From the NCBI GenBank assembly GCA_030390025.1, contig CM059432.1, forward strand, positions 66,032,001 to 66,096,000: a DNA stretch of 64,000 nucleotides. Direction: 5' to 3'. Under the pieces are notes generated by a model, which worked only from the letters and a program-made list of their open reading frames with translations, did no database searches and had not been told where the DNA came from. Both the position numbers and the translations under genes were made by a program. The DNA is from Squalus acanthias. Its lineage: Eukaryota. The stretch's first letter is position 1; each line of letters begins with the position of its first letter. Below are positions 63,636-64,000 of the stretch, piece by piece.

Positions 63636-64000
63636 GGGTAGAAATTGTATCTCGTTGCTCCTGATTAGTGAATGAGGGCCAATTTTGGGGCCCAACGTCC
63701 CGTGCCTAAAGAACTGCTGAAAGATGTCTAACCTTACACTGGGTCGTGCCATTATTCAGACATCCCTGGCAGCTGCCTAAAACAGGCATTAGTCCCTTGC
63801 ATATGTAAATGAGGGGCCTAACGCCTGTTTTAGCACACACCGCCCCCCCCCTCCCCCTACTAAATTGGAGATCACAGAGTAGAGCAGGAGCTCGGGATTC
63901 CTCAGCGACCACTGCGACATAAGCAGAGGCTGCCACCAAAAGCTTTGCTTTTGTATAAAAATGTTAAGAATGTTCCTGTGGAGCCAGGAGGAGCAGGAGC
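63636..64000. mobile_element. Left end of a Harbinger-type element, running off the window
   Basis: ggggtagaaatt TIR-like start and a GC-rich body. Confidence 0.55.

Overview
Eukaryotic (vertebrate) genomic DNA. The repeat content (abundant CR1 LINEs, Deu-domain SINEs, Harbinger elements) suggests a cartilaginous fish, which is an inference. The only host gene is ST18 (MYT1/NZF family C2HC zinc-finger factor) on the minus strand. Six phase-compatible GT-AG coding exons (61002-61032, 33653-33855, 26552-27367, 23142-23276, 16257-16347, 4478-4579) join into one open frame of 1378 nt containing two CCHHC fingers; the first coding exon and the 3' exons were not found. The introns hold CR1-clade LINEs (two spanning the whole ORF2, one with only two lesions), L2 and Tx1-like fragments, SINEs, a decayed two-gene PIF/Harbinger transposon with many derived MITEs, a pogo-like MITE carrying a 29-bp minisatellite, and a 1-kb TG/CG microsatellite. 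The most notable observation is that three different CR1 lineages end ORF1 with a U_UUA_AAY slippery heptamer directly before the stop codon. In the two better-preserved copies ORF2 lies in the -1 frame with no AUG before its first endonuclease motif, suggesting programmed -1 frameshifting. No prokaryotic systems, CRISPR arrays, tRNA or rRNA genes were seen. Most repeat boundaries were read by eye and are approximate.
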